Positions 7,661 to 10,657 of a stretch of 10,657 nucleotides of DNA are shown here, one piece after another. Positions within the stretch are counted from its first letter, which is position 1, and each line of letters opens with the position of its first letter. Under the pieces are notes generated by a model, which worked only from the letters and a program-made list of their open reading frames with translations, ran no database searches and was not told where the DNA came from. The position numbers were made by a program, and so were the translations under genes. The stretch comes from an uncultured archaeon (GTDB lineage: Archaea > Asgardarchaeota > Lokiarchaeia > Sigyniarchaeales > SOKP01), in contig CAZOYD010000096.1 in assembly GCA_964583985.1 (NCBI GenBank), positions 1 through 10,657 on the forward strand. Direction: 5' to 3'.

Positions 7661-9295
7661 TTAGTAAACATTTTGGACAGGATAATAAATTGGACTCCAA
7701 TTTAACAATCCAATGGCATTAACATTAGTTTCATTCTTGTTTTCAATTCGCCGAATTTCATATTCTAATAAAGCACCTTCCTTTACATCTCCTGCAATTC
7801 TCACCAAGCCATTATAAAGGAAGCTAAGTTTGTTTTCATCGGGATTTACTTTAGGTTCTGACTTTAACACCGCATATAACGGAAAGAACTTCTTGTGAAA
7901 ACCTGAATGCCCTTTTGGGCAATGATTCAAACCAACTATATTTGGAATTATGCAGCCCTCATCACAAAAATGAAGGGTAAATCCGCGATTGTTATTATTT
8001 TTATGTTCTACAATTTTACCTAAAACTGTTTTCGGTGAGATTCTTCCTCCTTTTATTTGCTCGTACTCTTGAACGGTTTTTAACTCCTTATTATTGATGA
8101 AATCTTTAATCTGAGGAGATTGTCCTACAATCGTATTAAATCCTCGTTGAATTTTTAACAATCCTGAAATACACGTGGCTCCCGAGCCATAAGAGCCGAA
8201 ATAGATAATATCGTTTGCACGCGCATACTCTTCTGCTATATACATTATTTGAGCCCAAATTGAGGCATTATACATGTTACCAAAATGTGAAGGAACTCGT
8301 AATTGGGGTAAAACTTTTCCTTTAATATTTCGAATTAATTTATAAGATATGGACTCTAAAGTCTCAGAGGAGTATCCTCGCTCTTTTAATTTTAAATATA
8401 ACCATTCAGGTAAAATGGTAATATCGTGCATAAAGGAATCTAATTTTTTAAGAATAGAAGCAGTGATTTGGTTTCTATTAAGTCTTGGAAGGTTATTAAT
8501 GTGTTTTATCCAACGCTTCTGAATTATTTGTTGCATGCATTTAATTGGTAATTTTGAAAAAGGGGCATGAAAAGTGTAAAAATCAGCGTGAAAATCCCCA
8601 ATATTGTTAACTAAATCATCGTATGCTTTCAATTGAAAATCAAGATATGTGTCCACCGAATATTGACCAAATACTTGAGCACAATTTTCATATGCAGGCC
8701 TGAAAAAATCATCTACATTTCCCGATACTTTCCCAAACTTCTCGCCAAATACTGCAACCCTAGGGTTTTTTGAAATTACAAAAGCAACGGCTCCTGAGCC
8801 TTGTGTTGCCTCACTTGGAGAACCCAGATGATAGGATGATATATCAGCGCTTATAACAAGAGCCTTTTTAATAATATCCTTTTCTACTAAAGCAATCGCG
8901 TTAAGAAGTGCAAGTGTGCCACCTGCGCATGCGTTATAAACATCTTGGCAGAAAGAATTGGGTGAAATTCCTAATAATTCAGCGAAAATATTCGATACAG
9001 ATTTCACGGCATATGTAATGGTTTCAGTTCCTACAAACAATGCATCAATGCTTTTTGGATCTATGTTTCCTTTTAATAGTGCTTGATATCCCGCTTTCAA
9101 TCCCAGAGATATAATATCTTCGTTAACCTCAGGCACTCTCATCTCGAGAGCCATCAAACCCTTTTTATATTTATTTGGATCAACTTTCCGCTCAATCGCA
9201 AGGTCTTTTAATTTTATATAGTATCTAGGGGCATAAAATCCCATAGAGTCAATACCGATGGAGGAAAACAATGAATTGTTCCGAATCATGTGCAA
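7661..9295 (-). CDS. mvaS: HMG-CoA synthase with an internal insertion and a C-terminal DUF35-like (Zn-ribbon + OB) extension
   Basis: Catalytic motifs VGTET (Glu), NACAGGT (Cys), FHAPF (His243), GNMY and GSYGSG. At 544 aa it is much longer than typical archaeal HMGS (about 350 aa). Start is TTG 9295 or ATG 9289. Confidence 0.88.
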   Translation of the reverse strand: MHMIRNNSLFSSIGIDSMGFYAPRYYIKLKDLAIERKVDPNKYKKGLMALEMRVPEVNEDIISLGLKAGYQALLKGNIDPKSIDALFVGTETITYAVKSVSNIFAELLGISPNSFCQDVYNACAGGTLALLNAIALVEKDIIKKALVISADISSYHLGSPSEATQGSGAVAFVISKNPRVAVFGEKFGKVSGNVDDFFRPAYENCAQVFGQYSVDTYLDFQLKAYDDLVNNIGDFHADFYTFHAPFSKLPIKCMQQIIQKRWIKHINNLPRLNRNQITASILKKLDSFMHDITILPEWLYLKLKERGYSSETLESISYKLIRNIKGKVLPQLRVPSHFGNMYNASIWAQIMYIAEEYARANDIIYFGSYGSGATCISGLLKIQRGFNTIVGQSPQIKDFINNKELKTVQEYEQIKGGRISPKTVLGKIVEHKNNNNRGFTLHFCDEGCIIPNIVGLNHCPKGHSGFHKKFFPLYAVLKSEPKVNPDENKLSFLYNGLVRIAGDVKEGALLEYEIRRIENKNETNVNAIGLLNWSPIYYPVQNVY

Positions 9296-9568
9296 AATCT
9301 CTTTTTTAATTGATTTTTATGGATTAACTGGAAAAATCGTTAATCTTATGTAATATTTATTTGTTCAAAAACTTATCTAGTTAAATGTTTATTTAAATAA
9401 GAAAATTGCCTTTATAATAATAATCATCAATTTACTAATTTCAATCATTCAGAATATTGAAATTAGGAATATAATCACAAGTGCAGAAATTTTTGTAAAC
9501 TTTAATATTTTTACGAGTATTAATATTAATGCTATTTCATTATTATATCATACTAATTTTTCGGTCAT
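9296..9568. promoter_or_regulatory. Divergent promoter region between the MVA cluster (minus) and uppS (plus)
   Basis: 273-nt very AT-rich gap between head-to-head genes with several TATA-like words (TTTATAA 9411-9417, TTTAATA 9501-9507). Exact elements cannot be assigned from sequence alone. Confidence 0.55.
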
Positions 9569-10309
9569 GTGAGTAAAAAAACAGTGGAAGGACAAGAAAA
9601 GATACCAGAGAAAAGGCTACCTCGCCATATTGGCTTAATACTTGATGGAAATCGTCGATGGGCAAAAAAAAATCTCCTCAGTCCCAATGTTGGCCACTTG
9701 GTGGGGTATAAGAATCTTCGAGAAAGACTGTTTGATTTTTTTGATGCTGGAATTAAATATTTATCAATTTACGCATTATCGTTAGAAAATGTTCGAAAAA
9801 GGAGTGATGCCGAAATAGAATACATTTTTGGCATTATTTTAGATGCAGTCGATGCAACCATCAAAGAAGCGACCGTAAAGGAGGAAAAAATTAATTTCAA
9901 TGTAATAGGACGAATATACTTGTTACCGAAAAGCGTACAAGAAAAAATTCAAGAACTGAAAGAATTTACAAAAGAACACGACCAAAAATTCATTAATTTA
10001 TGCATAATGTATGATGGACAAGAAGAAATCGTTGACGCTGTTAAATCGATAGTTAACGATAACATTCAATCAGATAAGATCAATAAAGATATAATAAAAA
10101 ATCATTTGTATACTCGAAACTTCCCTGAAGTCGATTATATAATTAGAACGGGAATGGAAGATGGAGCTAGAATTTCTGGATTTTTGTTATGGGATGCTTC
10201 TTATGCTGAGTTTAAATTTAGAACAGACTTATGGCCCGATTATGATAAAGTCATGGTTATAGAAGATTTACAAGATTATGTCAATCGAAATCGACGTAAG
10301 GGGAAGTAA
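9569..10309 (+). CDS. uppS: cis-prenyltransferase (UppS family; polyprenyl diphosphate synthase for the glycosyl carrier lipid)
   Basis: HIGLILDGNRRWA, GH--G, YALSLENVRKRS, YDGQEEI, DYIIRTG, RISGFLLW and a C-terminal RxG (RRKGK). GTG start; divergent from HMGS. Confidence 0.94.
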   Translation: MSKKTVEGQEKIPEKRLPRHIGLILDGNRRWAKKNLLSPNVGHLVGYKNLRERLFDFFDAGIKYLSIYALSLENVRKRSDAEIEYIFGIILDAVDATIKEATVKEEKINFNVIGRIYLLPKSVQEKIQELKEFTKEHDQKFINLCIMYDGQEEIVDAVKSIVNDNIQSDKINKDIIKNHLYTRNFPEVDYIIRTGMEDGARISGFLLWDASYAEFKFRTDLWPDYDKVMVIEDLQDYVNRNRRKGK

Positions 10310-10489
10310 GCTTCAATAAAAATATTTACTAAGATACGATTCTCTTAAAGTAAAAATTTAAAACCAATCAATTTTATGTTTGAGATATAAATTGATTATA
10401 CTTCGATTTAATGATAAATGAAATACTAAAAAATTATTAGTCAAGCTAAATTTATTATTTAAACAAATTTGACACGAATTTAAATTAAC

Positions 10490-10657
10490 ATGTCATCTCT
10501 AAACCAAAATACAGCAATCACGCTAACAGTGACAAATTTTCCTCACAACCTCTTGATTCCTAATGGAGAAAATCTGGTCTCGTTTCAGGTTAGAAATAAC
10601 TTGGATAAGGAAGGCGATTTTAAATTCTCATTTGAAGGTGAAAATATAGCTGTAAGG
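10490..10657 (+). CDS. Hypothetical protein, N-terminal fragment (runs off the window end)
   Basis: ATG at 10490 and open to the end: MSSLNQNTAITLTVTNFPHNLLIPNGENLVSFQVRNNLDKEGDFKFSFEGENIAVR. Alternating hydrophobic pattern suggests beta strands. The sequence shifts from very AT-rich intergenic DNA to coding-like composition. Confidence 0.6.
   Translation, partial: MSSLNQNTAITLTVTNFPHNLLIPNGENLVSFQVRNNLDKEGDFKFSFEGENIAVR

Noticed and set aside
8282-8540. HMGS internal insertion as an intein or in-frame intron
   Set aside because: No intein splicing motifs or evident BHB structure were seen. It reads as an amphipathic helical segment at a site of known length variation in the family.
1-10657. 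CRISPR arrays, tRNA/rRNA genes, IS elements
   Set aside because: No periodic repeats, cloverleaf or rRNA-like segments, or transposase ORFs were seen; intergenic gaps are short and AT-rich.

Overview
AT-rich archaeal window; gene content and sequence style suggest an Asgard/Lokiarchaeia-like host, which is an inference. It holds an almost complete 'archaeal' (Aeropyrum-type, anhydromevalonate-phosphate) mevalonate pathway cluster. On the minus strand, in transcription order: HMG-CoA synthase (with a probable fused DUF35 Zn-ribbon/OB domain), class II HMG-CoA reductase, UbiD-family anhydromevalonate phosphate decarboxylase, large and small AcnX subunits of phosphomevalonate dehydratase, mevalonate kinase, isopentenyl phosphate kinase and type 2 IPP isomerase. 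A convergent ubiX (prFMN supply) and a divergent cis-prenyltransferase flank the cluster. The standout signal is missed by the ORF track: the mevalonate kinase gene is interrupted inside its conserved GHMP motif I (G-K-x-I-L-F-G-E^H) by a 31-nt, stop-containing, frame-breaking insert at 3108..3138. The insert folds into a bulge-helix-bulge-like structure, and its predicted tRNA-splicing-endonuclease cut sites match exactly the junctions needed to restore the reading frame. This is a candidate archaeal mRNA intron in a lipid-precursor biosynthesis gene.
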